Assembly: GCA_963793135.1 (NCBI GenBank)
Contig: CAWBYX010000028.1
Span: 119,886 to 183,885 of the forward strand
Direction: 5' to 3'
Origin: an uncultured Verrucomicrobiae bacterium
Lineage (GTDB): Bacteria; Verrucomicrobiota; Verrucomicrobiia; Chthoniobacterales; JAFAMB01
Length of the DNA stretch: 64,000 bases
In this document: positions 51,022-61,851 of the stretch, piece after piece
Layout of the letters: the number at the start of each line of letters is the position of its first letter
How positions within the stretch are numbered: position 1 is the stretch's first letter
Program-made: the position numbers and the translations under genes
The notes under the pieces: generated by a model
Told to the model about the DNA's origin: nothing
The model's database searches: none
What the model saw: the letters and a program-made list of their open reading frames with translations, nothing else

Positions 51022-51495
51022 ATGACAGAGTGGTCCTCGTGGCAACCGAGGGAACGGGCGACCTTGTGTTTCGTTCGAGACAATGAACGGGTCTTAATGA
51101 TCCGAAAGAAACGCGGCCTCGGAGCCGGGAAAATTAACGGAGTGGGCGGAAGGCTCGAGCTCGGTGAGATGCCATTTGCGGGCATCTTGCGCGAGGCGCA
51201 GGAAGAACTAGGGATTACATTGTTGGACCCTGTCAAGCGGGGCGAATTGCATTTTCAATTTCTGGACGGTTACAGTCTTTTTTGCACCGTGTTTGTGGCG
51301 TCCCGTTTCGATGGAACCCCGGTCGAAACGGAAGAGGCTGTGCCCCTCTGGTTTGATGTTCGGAAACTCCCGTTTCACGAGATGTGGGAGGATGATCAGC
51401 TCTGGCTTGGCAGAGCGCTCGAGGGAAAATCATTCCGCGGGTTCTTTGATTTCGACGGAGAGAAGATGCTAAGCCAACGAGTGGATTGGGAATAG
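51022..51495 (+). CDS. NUDIX hydrolase (8-oxo-dGTP diphosphatase-like)
   Basis: GVGGRLELGEMPFAGILREAQEELGI Nudix box. Confidence 0.93.
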   Translation: MTEWSSWQPRERATLCFVRDNERVLMIRKKRGLGAGKINGVGGRLELGEMPFAGILREAQEELGITLLDPVKRGELHFQFLDGYSLFCTVFVASRFDGTPVETEEAVPLWFDVRKLPFHEMWEDDQLWLGRALEGKSFRGFFDFDGEKMLSQRVDWE

Positions 51496-51514
51496 TTCCA
51501 TCCTCATTGCAATC

Positions 51515-52390
51515 GTGCGGATTGGCAGCTATTCGTTTCTCGCGACCGTGTTCGATTACATCCAGCGGATCCTCAAATTCATTCGGTTTTCCCACACAGT
51601 TTTCGCGCTGCCATTCGCCGCAGGTTCGATGATTGTCGCAGCACACGGTTTTCCCAGGATGCGAATCGTTCTACTCATTCTTCTTGCCATGGTCTTCGCC
51701 AGGACGGCAGCCATGGCGTTCAACCGAGTGGCGGATTGGGAAATTGACAAGGAAAACCCCCGGACCGCCGGACGCCACAAGCTGGTCTCGAAGCGGGTGG
51801 GATGGTCGCTGGTCGTGTTTCCGTCCGCCGCATTTGTCCTGGTCAGTTGGCTTATCAACCCACTCTGTTTCGCGCTTTCGCCGGTCGCGCTGGCGATTGT
51901 CTTCTTCTATTCCTTGACCAAGCGTTTTACGTCGTTCACCCAATTTTTTCTTGGGCTGGCGCTGGCGGTTTCTCCGGTGGGCGCATGGTTGGCGGTCAAA
52001 GGCCAGTTCGCCTTGCCACCTCTTGTCTTGGCTCTCGGGGTCGTATTCTGGCTGATTGGATTTGACCTGATCTATGCGATCCAGGATTACGACTTCGATA
52101 AGCGCAAAGGGCTAGGTTCGATGGTCGTGCGGTTTGGGATCCCTGGCAGTCTGCGATTGGCCCAAGTCATGCACGGAATCTTGTTCATTTGCCTGATACT
52201 GTTCGGTTTGGTGAGCGGTCTGGGCGTGATTTATTATGCCGCGTTGGTCCTGGTTTTGGGTGCCTTGATTTACGAGCATCGGGCCGCGGCGCATCTGGAC
52301 ATTGCGGGCATCAATAAGGCATTCTTTCAGAGCAACGCCTTCGTGAGCCTGGTCTTTGTCCTGGCCGTGGCTGCGGATGTTTACGCGTAG
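51515..52390 (+). CDS. UbiA-family prenyltransferase
   Basis: [26 protein letters not shown]; [25 protein letters not shown]. The first Met may lie internally. Confidence 0.9.
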   Translation: MRIGSYSFLATVFDYIQRILKFIRFSHTVFALPFAAGSMIVAAHGFPRMRIVLLILLAMVFARTAAMAFNRVADWEIDKENPRTAGRHKLVSKRVGWSLVVFPSAAFVLVSWLINPLCFALSPVALAIVFFYSLTKRFTSFTQFFLGLALAVSPVGAWLAVKGQFALPPLVLALGVVFWLIGFDLIYAIQDYDFDKRKGLGSMVVRFGIPGSLRLAQVMHGILFICLILFGLVSGLGVIYYAALVLVLGALIYEHRAAAHLDIAGINKAFFQSNAFVSLVFVLAVAADVYA

Positions 52391-52394
52391 GGTC

Positions 52395-52826
52395 CTGTCG
52401 CGCCGTCGTCACTCGTGCTCGTGCTCGTTGTCGTCGTCGATTGTTTTCCCCGCCGGGCGGAACGAGGACGAGGACGACCACGAGCACGAGCAGGAAAAAT
52501 CCCGGTCGCTTCTTTATCGTGCTCGTCCTCGTCGTCGTGCTCGATTGTTTTCCCCGCCGAGCAGAACGAGGACGAGGACGACCACGAGCACGATTAGGAA
52601 AAATCGCCGTCGCTTCTTTATCGTGCTCGTCCTGGTCGTCGTGCTCGGTTATTTTCCCCGCCGGGCGGAACGAGGACGAGGACGACCACGAGCACGAGCA
52701 GGAAAAATCGCCGTCGCTTCTTTATCGTGCTCGTCCTCGTCGTCGTACTCGATTGTTTTCCCCCGCCGGGCAGAACGAAGAGCTGACGACGAGGCGACGG
52801 ACGAGCACGAGCACGATTGAGCGTAA
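52395..52826. repeat. ~104-bp tandem repeat array (about four copies), CGAGCACGAGGACGA-rich
   Basis: GTGCTCGTCCTCGTCGTCGTGCTCGATTGTTTTCCCCGCCG(G/A)GC(G/A)GAACGAGGACGAGGACGACCACGAGCACGA...AAAAATC...TCGCTTCTTTATC repeated; the CGA/TCG arms are mutually complementary. Confidence 0.93.
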
Positions 52827-52908
52827 TCACCTATCGATCCATCAAGATGGATCAATCTATTATTTGCGGTGTAGAACCCCCGATGCTAAGGTCCCAGTTC
52901 CATCGTCT

Positions 52909-55900
52909 ATGGCCAGCCACCTGCAAAAAGCCCCTTCTTTCGATATCGTTGAAGCTCTAGACCAGCGGATCCTCATCCTGGATGGAGCCATGGGAACCAT
53001 GGTTCAACAGTTCAAACTCCAGGAGGACGATTATCGAGGAACTTTATTCGCCAGCCATTCCACGTATCTGAAAAATAACAACGATGTGCTCTGCCTCACC
53101 CGGCCCGAGATCATCGGACAGATTCACCGCCAATATCTTGAAGCTGGCGCCGATATCATTGAGACGAATACTTTCAACGCGACGTCGATTTCGCAGCAGG
53201 ATTTTGGATTGGAACAGTATGTCCCTGAGATGAACCGTGTCGCGGCTCGCTTAGCCAGGGAAGCGGTTGAACAGGTGACGGCCAAGGATCCCACCCGGAA
53301 ACGATATGTGGCCGGGGCGATCGGGCCGTTGAATCGAACCTTATCTATTTCGCGCGATGTCAACGATCCCGGCAAACGCGAGGTGACTTGGGAACAGGTC
53401 AAGAATGCTTACCAGGAACAGGTTGCTGCTCTGATCGAAGGGGGTGTCGATTTGCTGCTGGTGGAAACGACTTTCGATACGTTGAATCTCAAGGCGGCTT
53501 TGTTCGCGATCGAGGAGCATTTCGAGAGTTTGGGATATCGTCTGCCAGTCATGGCCTCGGGAACGATCACGGACGCTAGCGGCCGAACCTTGACCGGCCA
53601 GACGACGGAGGCTTTTTGGATCTCGATTTCTCATGCGCCGCTGCTCAGCGTTGGCCTTAACTGCGCTCTCGGGCCGAAGGAGTTGCGGCCCTACATCGAG
53701 GAATTAGCGCGAATTGCGCCGATCTACGTTTCCTGCTATCCGAACGCCGGCTTGCCCGATCCTTTGTCTCCGACCGGTTTCCCCGAAACTCCGGAAACGT
53801 TGGCGCCTCAACTTCAGGAATGGGCTGAACTCGGATGGTTAAACATCGTCGGCGGTTGCTGCGGTACGACACCGGCACATATCGCGTTGCTGGCGGAAGT
53901 CGTCAAAAATCTCCCTCCGCGCAAGTTACCTGTTTTTCCGCGAACAACCCAATTCAGCGGCCTCGAACCCTACAAGCTGGGGCTGGGGTTCACGGTGATC
54001 GGTGAACGAACCAACATTACGGGGTCGCCTAAGTTTTCGAAATTGATTTTGGCCGGAGATTTCGACGGTGCCTTGGCCGTGGCTCGGCAACAGGTTGAAG
54101 GGGGAGCGAACCTGATCGACATCAACATGGACGAGGGGATGATCGATTCCGAGGCAGCGATGGTGAAGTTTCTTAATCTGATCGCTGCAGAACCTGATAT
54201 CTCCCGGGTTCCGGTCATGATCGACAGTTCCCGTGGGAGCGTGCTGGAAGCAGGTCTCCGATGTGTGCAGGGCAAAGGAATCGTGAACTCGATCAGCCTG
54301 AAAGAGGGCGAGGAGAAATTCAAAAGCTATGCTCGACTAGTCCGTCGTTACGGTGCGGCGGCGGTGGTCATGGCCTTCGACGAGCAAGGCCAGGCAGACA
54401 ATCTGGCCCGAAGAAAAGAGATTTGTGCCCGGGCTTATCGAATATTGACGGAAGAGATAGGGTTTCCTCCGGAGGATATCGTTTTTGATCCGAATATTCT
54501 GACCGTCGCGACGGGCATGGAGGAGCACAATAATTACGCGGTCGACTTCATCGCGGCGGTACGCTGGATTAAGGAAACCTTGCCGTTTGCGCGGGTCAGC
54601 GGAGGGATTAGCAATATTTCGTTTTCATTTCGAGGGAACAACGTGGTCCGGGAAGCGATGCACGCGGCGTTTCTCTATCATGCGATTAACGCAGGGCTGG
54701 ATATGGGGATCGTGAATGCCGGCCAGTTGGCGGTTTACGAAGAGATCCCAAAAGATCTGCTCGAATTGGTGGAGGATGTGCTGCTTAACCGGCGTCCGGA
54801 TGCGACTGAACGGCTGGTCGACTTCGCGGAAAAAGTTAAATCTTCGGCGAAAGTCCAAGTGAAAGACGAGGCTTGGCGAGGGGCTCCAGTAGAGGAACGG
54901 TTATCGCACGCGCTCGTGAAGGGGATCGTCGATTTCATCGAACAGGACACCGAAGAAGCTCGAGCTCAAATACGGCAGACCGTTGGCGGTGATTGAAGGG
55001 CCGCTAATGTCCGGGATGAGTATTGTGGGCGACTTGTTTGGGGCTGGTAAGATGTTTTTGCCCCAGGTCGTCAAGAGCGCACGGGTGATGAAGAAGTCGG
55101 TGGCCTTTCTGACCCCCTTCATGGAGGCGGAACGTGCCTCTCAGGTTAACCCGCGGGCCCAGGGCAAGATCCTGATGGCGACAGTCAAAGGCGATGTCCA
55201 CGACATCGGGAAGAACATCGTGGGGGTGGTTCTCGCTTGTAACAACTATGAGGTGATCGATCTGGGTGTGATGGTTCCAGCCGAGAAGATTCTGGAAGTC
55301 GCCAAGGCGGAGTCTGTCGATGTGATCGGGCTCAGCGGATTGATCACCCCTTCACTCGATGAGATGGTTCATATGGCTCAGGAGATGGAGCGGCTCGATT
55401 TTCATCGGCCGTTGCTGATCGGCGGAGCCACCACGAGCCGCGCCCATACCGCGGTGAAGATCGCGCCTCATTACAGTGGGCCGACCGTCCATGTCCTCGA
55501 TGCTTCACGCGCCGTAGGTGTCGTTAGTGCGTTGATCAGCGACGATCAGAAACCGGAATTCGTCGGGAAAAATAGTCATGATCAGCAGCGCTTGCGCGAA
55601 GAATACGCCAACCGGAACGCGGATAAGAAACTGATCTCGATCGGAGACGCACGGCAACGCCGAACTCCCATCGATTGGGCAACAACTCGAATCGACGCGC
55701 CCGAATTCCTGGGTCGCCGGGTGATCTGGACGCAGTCGCTCGACGAACTGGTCGATTATATCGATTGGTCTCCGTTCTTTCATACCTGGGAATTGCGAGG
55801 TCGCTACCCGAAGATTTTGCAGGATCCGGAAGTCGGAGAACAGGCCCGGCAACTGTTTGAGGACGCGCAGAAATTGCTTCAGGACATCGTGAAAGGGAAG

Positions 55901-56632
55901 TTATTTACCGCCAGGGGGGTTTACGGATTTTGGCCGGCTAACAGCATCGGAGACGATATCGAATTATACACCGACGAGTCGCGTTCCGAGGTGCTGACCA
56001 CTTTTCATATGCTGCGCCAGCAGATGGCCAAACCGGCTGATCAGTATAATCATTCGCTCGCGGATTACATCGCTCCGCGGGACTCCGGTCGCGCGGATTA
56101 TCTTGGAGCATTTGCGGTAACGGCCGGACATGGCGCCGACGAATTGGCCAAACAATTTGAAGCCGATCATGATGACTATAACAGCATCATGGCCAAAGCA
56201 TTGGCAGACCGGCTCGCAGAAGCGTTTGCCGAGTGTCTGCATAAGCGTGTGCGTTTGGAATGGGGATACGGGAAAGAGGAACACCTCTCGAAAGAGGATT
56301 TACTCCGTGAGGTTTATCGAGGTATCCGCCCGGCCGCCGGCTATCCCGCGTGTCCAGATCACACCGAAAAGCGGATTTTATTCGACCTGCTCGCGGCTGA
56401 AGAAAACGCCAAGATCCAATTGACGGAAAGTTTCGCGATGTGGCCTGGTGCATCCGTGAGTGGCCTCTATTTTGGGCATCCTGAGGCCAAGTATTTCGGC
56501 GTGGGAAAAATCGACAAAGATCAGGTGGTGGATTATCACCGGCGGAAAGAAATGTTATTGGAAGAAGTCGAACGTTGGCTGGGTCCGTACCTGGCCTACG
56601 AGCCGGCGGTAACAAAGTTAGAGAAGGTTTGA
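52909..56632 (+). CDS. metH: Cobalamin-dependent methionine synthase, split by a one-base frameshift near 54967
   Basis: [25 protein letters not shown]; [11 protein letters not shown]; B12 domain [34 protein letters not shown]. Removing C54967 would give [21 protein letters not shown] continuous with the B12-binding half. Confidence 0.96.
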
Positions 56633-56685
56633 AGGAAAATTGAACAGATAAAGAGAACGCCAAGCCCAAGTGTCCTGGCACTTCT

Positions 56686-58311
56686 CTACTCTGCAGCGAC
56701 GTGGGCGCCCTTTTCGGCGACGGACCGCTTCATCCCGAGCACCATAAACGCGAGAATGAGGCTGACCACGGCAAAAATCAGGAAACAATCAAAGTAGGAA
56801 AGCGCTAAGGCTTGCTGGTCGCGCAGGTCCGAGAGGGATTGCACGGCCATTTGTTGCGCGCCGACTGGATCACCTGTTTGCTGCAGATAAGCAGGATTGG
56901 CTTGTGTGAGATAGGAGTTTACGGCGGGGTTCAGGGGATCGAGATACTCGCCCAGTCGCAACGAATGAAATTGTTCGCGGCGTTCCGTGATCGTCTGGCC
57001 CAACGAAGTGCCGACGCTGCCGCCCTCATTGCGCAAGAGCGCCAGCAAACCCACTGCCGAGCCGCGCAATGAACGGGGGATATAGATGTAGGCGGCTACA
57101 TTCAACGGCGCGAAGACCAGGCCGAGGCCGCCCACCATCACGACACGAGGCCAGATCACCTGCGAGGGAGCAATGTCCAGGTTCATCTGTGACATCCAGA
57201 AGTTGCCGGCAGCGACAATCAACAGACCGCACCCGATCAGCCAGCGGGCGTCTACCCCGCGGCCGAGTAGAGCGCCCACGATGATAATCGCTATGATCGT
57301 GAAGATCCCTGCAGGAGACAAGACCAGCCCGGCATGGAAAGCGTCATAACCGAAGAGCGATTCCAGCATGGCGGGCAACAGAGTACTCGAGCCGTAGAGC
57401 ACTCCGAAGCAGCAGAAAATAATGAGGCAAGAGAGGGCAAAGTTGCGGTCTTTAAGGGGCCGAAAGTTTACGATCGGGTTGGTTTGACGCGTTTCCCAGA
57501 AGACCAACCCGCAACCGCCCAAGATGAGCAAAGTCACAAGGGTTTGCACTCGTCCAAAAGCGTCGCCGAGCCAGTCCCACTCTTGTCCTTTGCTCAGCAA
57601 CACTTCCCAGCAAACGAGAGTGATGACCAGCAGCCCCAGGCCGATCGAATCGAAGCGCACCGGATTTTCGCGCAGCGCTTTCCGCGCGTTGCGAAGATAG
57701 TCCGGGTCCTGGACGGTGGCCCAGCAAAGAAAGAAGGCCAGGGCACCCACCGGCAAATTGATGTAGAAAATCCAGCGCCAGGAAAATTGGTCGGTGATAT
57801 AGCCGCCCAGGGTCGGCCCCAGCACCGGAGCGATGAGGGCTGCGACGCCAAAAAGGGTCTGAGCGGCGCCCTGTTTCTCGGGCGGAAAAGTGTCGAGGAG
57901 GATGCCTTGGCTGGAGGGTTGGAGCCCGCCCCCGGCGAGCCCTTGCACCACTCGAAACAGGATCAACTGATTGAGACTCGTCGCCATGCCGCAAAAGACC
58001 GAACTGATGGTGAAAACGGCGATTGAAAGAAGGAAATACCGGCGTCGTCCGATATTCGCGGCTAGCCACCCAGAGATGGGCAGGATGATCGCATTGGCGG
58101 CCAGGTAACTGGTGACCACCCATTCGCTATCGGTGACCGCCGCGGAAAGACCGCCGGCAATGTAGCGAAGAGCCACATTGGCGATAGTGGTATCCAGCAC
58201 CTCCATGAAGGTCGGTACGACCACCGCGAGCGCGACAATCCAAGGGTTCAAAGTCGGCCGCCCAATTGTCCCGCCCGGCGAAATAGACGCTGCGGACACG
58301 CTGGCGCTCAT
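56686..58311 (-). CDS. DHA2-family MFS transporter, EmrB/QacA-like
   Basis: FMEVLDTTIANVALRYIAGGL; GRRRYFLLSIAVFTISSVFCGMA; GAVAFF..., RNEGGSVGTSLGQT. Confidence 0.94.
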   Translation of the reverse strand: MSASVSAASISPGGTIGRPTLNPWIVALAVVVPTFMEVLDTTIANVALRYIAGGLSAAVTDSEWVVTSYLAANAIILPISGWLAANIGRRRYFLLSIAVFTISSVFCGMATSLNQLILFRVVQGLAGGGLQPSSQGILLDTFPPEKQGAAQTLFGVAALIAPVLGPTLGGYITDQFSWRWIFYINLPVGALAFFLCWATVQDPDYLRNARKALRENPVRFDSIGLGLLVITLVCWEVLLSKGQEWDWLGDAFGRVQTLVTLLILGGCGLVFWETRQTNPIVNFRPLKDRNFALSCLIIFCCFGVLYGSSTLLPAMLESLFGYDAFHAGLVLSPAGIFTIIAIIIVGALLGRGVDARWLIGCGLLIVAAGNFWMSQMNLDIAPSQVIWPRVVMVGGLGLVFAPLNVAAYIYIPRSLRGSAVGLLALLRNEGGSVGTSLGQTITERREQFHSLRLGEYLDPLNPAVNSYLTQANPAYLQQTGDPVGAQQMAVQSLSDLRDQQALALSYFDCFLIFAVVSLILAFMVLGMKRSVAEKGAHVAAE

Positions 58312-59792
58312 TGCGTGGTCGGCTTGGGGCTGGCGGATGAATCAGCAGGCTGGACCTGACTCTGCAAAAAATTGCCGGCATTTGGACCGTTGGGCGCCGT
58401 TCTTAAATCGACCGTCGGTGTGACCGAGAGGCCGACGAACAACGGTGCCTTGTCAGGGTCATAGTTCAGCACATCAATTCGCACCGGCAGCCGCTGCACC
58501 ACTTTGACGAAATTGCCCGTCGCGTTCTGGGCCGGCAACAGCGAGAGAGTGGACCCGGTGCCGTTCGTGAAACCGGAAATGCGTCCCTCGAATGTCTGTT
58601 TGCCGCCGTACATATCGAGCTCCAGCTCCACGCGCTGGCCAATGCGCAAATTGCGGATTTGGGTCTCCTTGAAATTCGCGTCTATCCAGATGTCGCGCAG
58701 CGAGCGGATCGCCATCAAACTCTGACCCACCTGGACATTGTTGCCGGGGTTCACATTGCGCCGGGTTATGACGCCGTCGATCTCCGCCACAATCTTGGTG
58801 TAGCGCAAATCCAGATTCGCCTGATCTAGATCACGTTGGGACTGCAGCAAACTCGCTTCCGCTTTTTTTAAGTCGGGTGCGCTCTGAACAATCTCTGCGT
58901 AAATTTTATCGATGTCGCCGCCTGGGTCGCGCCGGTAAAATTCCTCGATGACCTGCTTGGGCGTGAGATTGTAGGAAGACGCGGCAACGCCGAGTTTGGC
59001 GGCGTTCTGGAGCAAATCTGCCAACGCCTGGCGGACGGACGAGAAGGTCTGGTCGAGATTGGCCGGGACATCCCCCAGGCTCGATCCAGCGGGCGGTTCG
59101 GCGGGCAAACCGAGCGCCACCCGTGCTTGATGGATATTCTCCAACGCTTGCTGGACTTGCGCTTTGGCCACGTCCAGGGCCTCGTGCCTTTGGTCATATT
59201 CTTCAACGCTCACCACCTTACTAGCCACCAGATGTGCCGCCCGGTCGAACTCGGCTTGGGCAAGCACCAGGGTCGCCTTGCTCTGTTCCCAGGTGGCCAC
59301 CCGCGCCCGGATGATTGCGACTTGATTGTCCACATCCTCGATCGCTCGAATCAACTTGAAACGCGCACTTCGCGTTTGCGCCACCGAACCCCGAGCAGAG
59401 GCCTGAGCCACCACAAGTTCCGCCTGGGCAGAGTCGACAGCCGCCTGTTTGATTTCGACTTGCACTCGAAAGGGCTCGGGATCCAGCTCTACGAGTACAT
59501 CCCCTTTTTTGACGCGATTGTTATCTTCGACGAGAACGCGCATCACCTGGCCCGCGACGCGCGGCGCCACAAAGGTGACGTAGCTGTTCACGTAGGCGTC
59601 ATCCGTGGAGACCGTGTTCAGGGCGTGCAGCACCTTCGGAATGCCCATGAAAAGCGCGATCGCCGCCACCACCACGATGAGAGGTAAGACCCATTTTTTG
59701 CGTCGCTTTCGCGGAGGGCCAGCCGCCGGTTTGGGTGTCTCGGGATTTGCCGGGGGGGCCGGCGGTGCTGGTTTCGGTTCTTCGGCAGGCAT
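58308..59792 (-). CDS. HlyD/EmrA-like periplasmic adaptor
   Basis: VSTDDAYVNSYVTFVAPRVAGQVMRVLVEDNNRVKKGDVLVELDP; paired with the EmrB-like gene by a 4-bp overlap. Confidence 0.93.
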   Translation of the reverse strand: MPAEEPKPAPPAPPANPETPKPAAGPPRKRRKKWVLPLIVVVAAIALFMGIPKVLHALNTVSTDDAYVNSYVTFVAPRVAGQVMRVLVEDNNRVKKGDVLVELDPEPFRVQVEIKQAAVDSAQAELVVAQASARGSVAQTRSARFKLIRAIEDVDNQVAIIRARVATWEQSKATLVLAQAEFDRAAHLVASKVVSVEEYDQRHEALDVAKAQVQQALENIHQARVALGLPAEPPAGSSLGDVPANLDQTFSSVRQALADLLQNAAKLGVAASSYNLTPKQVIEEFYRRDPGGDIDKIYAEIVQSAPDLKKAEASLLQSQRDLDQANLDLRYTKIVAEIDGVITRRNVNPGNNVQVGQSLMAIRSLRDIWIDANFKETQIRNLRIGQRVELELDMYGGKQTFEGRISGFTNGTGSTLSLLPAQNATGNFVKVVQRLPVRIDVLNYDPDKAPLFVGLSVTPTVDLRTAPNGPNAGNFLQSQVQPADSSASPKPTTQ

Positions 59793-59900
59793 TTCTCTTC
59801 TCCTTCTCTGTGGCAATCAGGCGAAAACCCCGCAGTTGGCAGACGCATGCCAACGGGTCGGTTCTATTCGATCAGAGGGAAAGTCGTCAAGAAAGTAGTC

Positions 59901-60018
59901 AGGAGTGCAGGAGTGCAGGAGTGATGGAGTGATGGAGTGGTGGAGTGATGGAGTGATGGAGTGATGGAGTGATGGAGTGATGGAGTGATGGAGTGATGGA
60001 GTGATGGAGTGATGGAGA
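59901..60018. repeat. 8-bp tandem repeat array ((C/A)(A/T)GGAGTG, about 14 units)
   Basis: CAGGAGTG units followed by ATGGAGTG units; the minus-strand spurious ORF translates as ITPSLHHS repeats, matching an 8-nt period. Confidence 0.92.
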
Positions 60019-60078
60019 CCTGGCCAGCGTTGGGGCTATCGAACCTTCTTTGGCATTCCGAGCTTTCGGGGATACTGA

Positions 60079-60110
60079 ATCCTGAACTCCTGCAACTCCT
60101 GAACTCCTGT
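60079..60110. repeat. CCTGAACTCCTGCAACTCCTGAACTCCTG repeat arm, related to 14034-14179
   Basis: Direct sequence match to the 14142-14179 arm. Confidence 0.85.
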
Positions 60111-60114
60111 CTTC

Positions 60115-60910
60115 TCAATGTTGACAGACCGGGCACCAGGCTGTGGTGCGGCCGGCGATCGTTCCATGATCCAACAACGTACCGTCGCGTGGACAGCGAC
60201 CTCCTTTCTCCCAGCGATGATGGATCAGCCAATTTTTCGGCGTTTCGTTCAGGTCAAGACCGATTGTTTTCAAGGCCGTGCGGCAGATCGCGCGGCTGGT
60301 CCGCCAGAGATCCCGCTGTTGCGAGTCGTCCAAATCGCCAGCCAGCGTGGAGGGATGCAGCTTTATCTGCCACAGAATTTCATCGGCCATCCAGTTGCCG
60401 ACTCCCGGAAAAATGGCTCTGATCAAGCAGCGCGGCCTTGATCGGTGAACGACGCCCCCGGTGCAATTGTTCCCGCAATACGGCACGCGTAAAGCCGGGG
60501 GAAATCACCGAGGGCGGCAGATCTTTCCACCACTCCGGCTTTCCTTTGCCGAGCGCGAACCGGATACGTCCAAACATCCGGGGATCCGAAAAAACCAGGC
60601 TTCGCTTTTCCTGGAACAATACCAGGTGGTCGTGTTTACCGGGCAGAAATCCCTTGCCCTCGACCCGTAGCAGGCCGCTCATTCCGAGATGAATTCCGAG
60701 CGATGCTCCATGCGAAAAGCTGAAGAGCATCTGCTTCCCATGTCCCTCCGAACTGAGGAGTTTTGCGCCGATGAGCGCCTTTTCCAGCGCCCCGACCTCG
60801 GTGCCGCGAAATACGCGCTTTTGGGGATGCGTGGCGACCCCGGTTACCCGCGAGCCTAGGCCGGAATTCCATTGCCGGCGAAAATATTCAACTTCAGCGA
60901 GTTCAGGCAT
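60115..60910 (-). CDS. mutM: DNA-formamidopyrimidine glycosylase family protein (MutM/Nei), split by a frameshift near 60409-60413
   Basis: MPELAEVEYFRRQW...; IKAALLDQSHF joins in another frame to FPGVGNWMADEILWQIKLHP and C-terminal zinc finger GGRCPRDGTLLDHGTIAGRTTAWCPVCQH. Frame change is at a five-A run. Confidence 0.88.
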
Positions 60911-61250
60911 GGTGGGGGACGTAGGGGGGAAACGTATCGGCGTGTCGGCGTTGGGGCGTGTCGGCGTTCAGCGCTCGAGCCGCGTGCTGATATTTTGGCT
61001 CGGCGTGATAGGGCCGGCAAGCCCGAATGCGATCTGGTCAGATTCGTCGCTTTCGGCAGGGAGATGGGAGCACCTGCAGAATTCGCTTGCGGCGAGAGGC
61101 TAGACAGTCCAGATATTAAACCAGATGGTTAAACATTGGACCGTGACGAATTTGGCCATCAAGCTCGAAAAATATTTAGCACAGCTAGCGCAGAAAGTTT
61201 CTGCGCTCACCCACAACGAAGCAAACACCGGAAAAACCAAGACTACCTCT

Positions 61251-61646
61251 ATGGAACCCTCAGAAACAAAACATGGCCAGTTCAGCTGGAATGAACTAGT
61301 CACGAACGACCCAGTTGCGGCAACGAGTTTTTATAAGCAACTGTTCGGGTGGACGACGCAAGAATTCCCAATGCCCGATTTCACCTACACGGTTGTTAGT
61401 GCAGGCGGCGCAAATACTGGACAGGGCGGTATTATGCCGACACCACCGTCGGCGCAGGGCATGCCGCCGACCTGGATAAGCTACGTGACAGTGGATAGTG
61501 TCGATAACACGGCAAAGCAGGCGGAAAAGCTTGGCGGGAAAATTGTCCTGCCACCGCGTGATATCCCCGAAGTGGGCCGCTTCGCCGTGATCCATGACCC
61601 GCAAGGCGCTGCTCTTGCGATCATAACTTACGCGAAGAAACAATAG
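61251..61646 (+). CDS. VOC/glyoxalase family protein
   Basis: HGQFSWNELVTNDPVAATSFYKQLFGWTTQEFPM...; GRFAVIHDPQGAALAIITYA. Confidence 0.88.
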   Translation: MEPSETKHGQFSWNELVTNDPVAATSFYKQLFGWTTQEFPMPDFTYTVVSAGGANTGQGGIMPTPPSAQGMPPTWISYVTVDSVDNTAKQAEKLGGKIVLPPRDIPEVGRFAVIHDPQGAALAIITYAKKQ

Positions 61647-61851
61647 ATCAGATCGCCGTGGTCCAATCTTGAGTTCGACGAATGGAACGGCCAGAAGTTC
61701 CAGCTCGTCGACCTCGACTTCTCTACGTCGGGACCTGAAACGAACAATTGGTTATGGGATGAGTTGCGAGGCGATTGATGCGCCGCCGATCACCGATGCG
61801 AGGCGCTGATTCGCCGACACGCCGATCCGCCAATCCGTTACCCCTTCCCCC

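Noticed and set aside
52356-52820. Asp/Glu/His-rich ORFs (DEDEHEHEQEK...) upstream of metH
   Set aside because: Translations of the CGA/TCG-rich ~104-bp tandem array, open in several frames; metH is better started at 52909 ([11 protein letters not shown]).
54960-54996. Two-polypeptide or programmed-frameshift metH
   Set aside because: The break looks like a single extra C (GCTCAAATAC vs GCTAAATAC restoring [17 protein letters not shown]), with no obvious slippery site or stimulator, and similar breaks occur in many other conserved genes.
59901-60018. Possible CRISPR array
   Set aside because: Repeats are 8 bp and directly abutting, with no spacers and no cas genes in the window.
59864-60232. 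ORF with HHSITPSL peptide repeats
   Set aside because: Product of the 8-bp satellite; no independent coding evidence.
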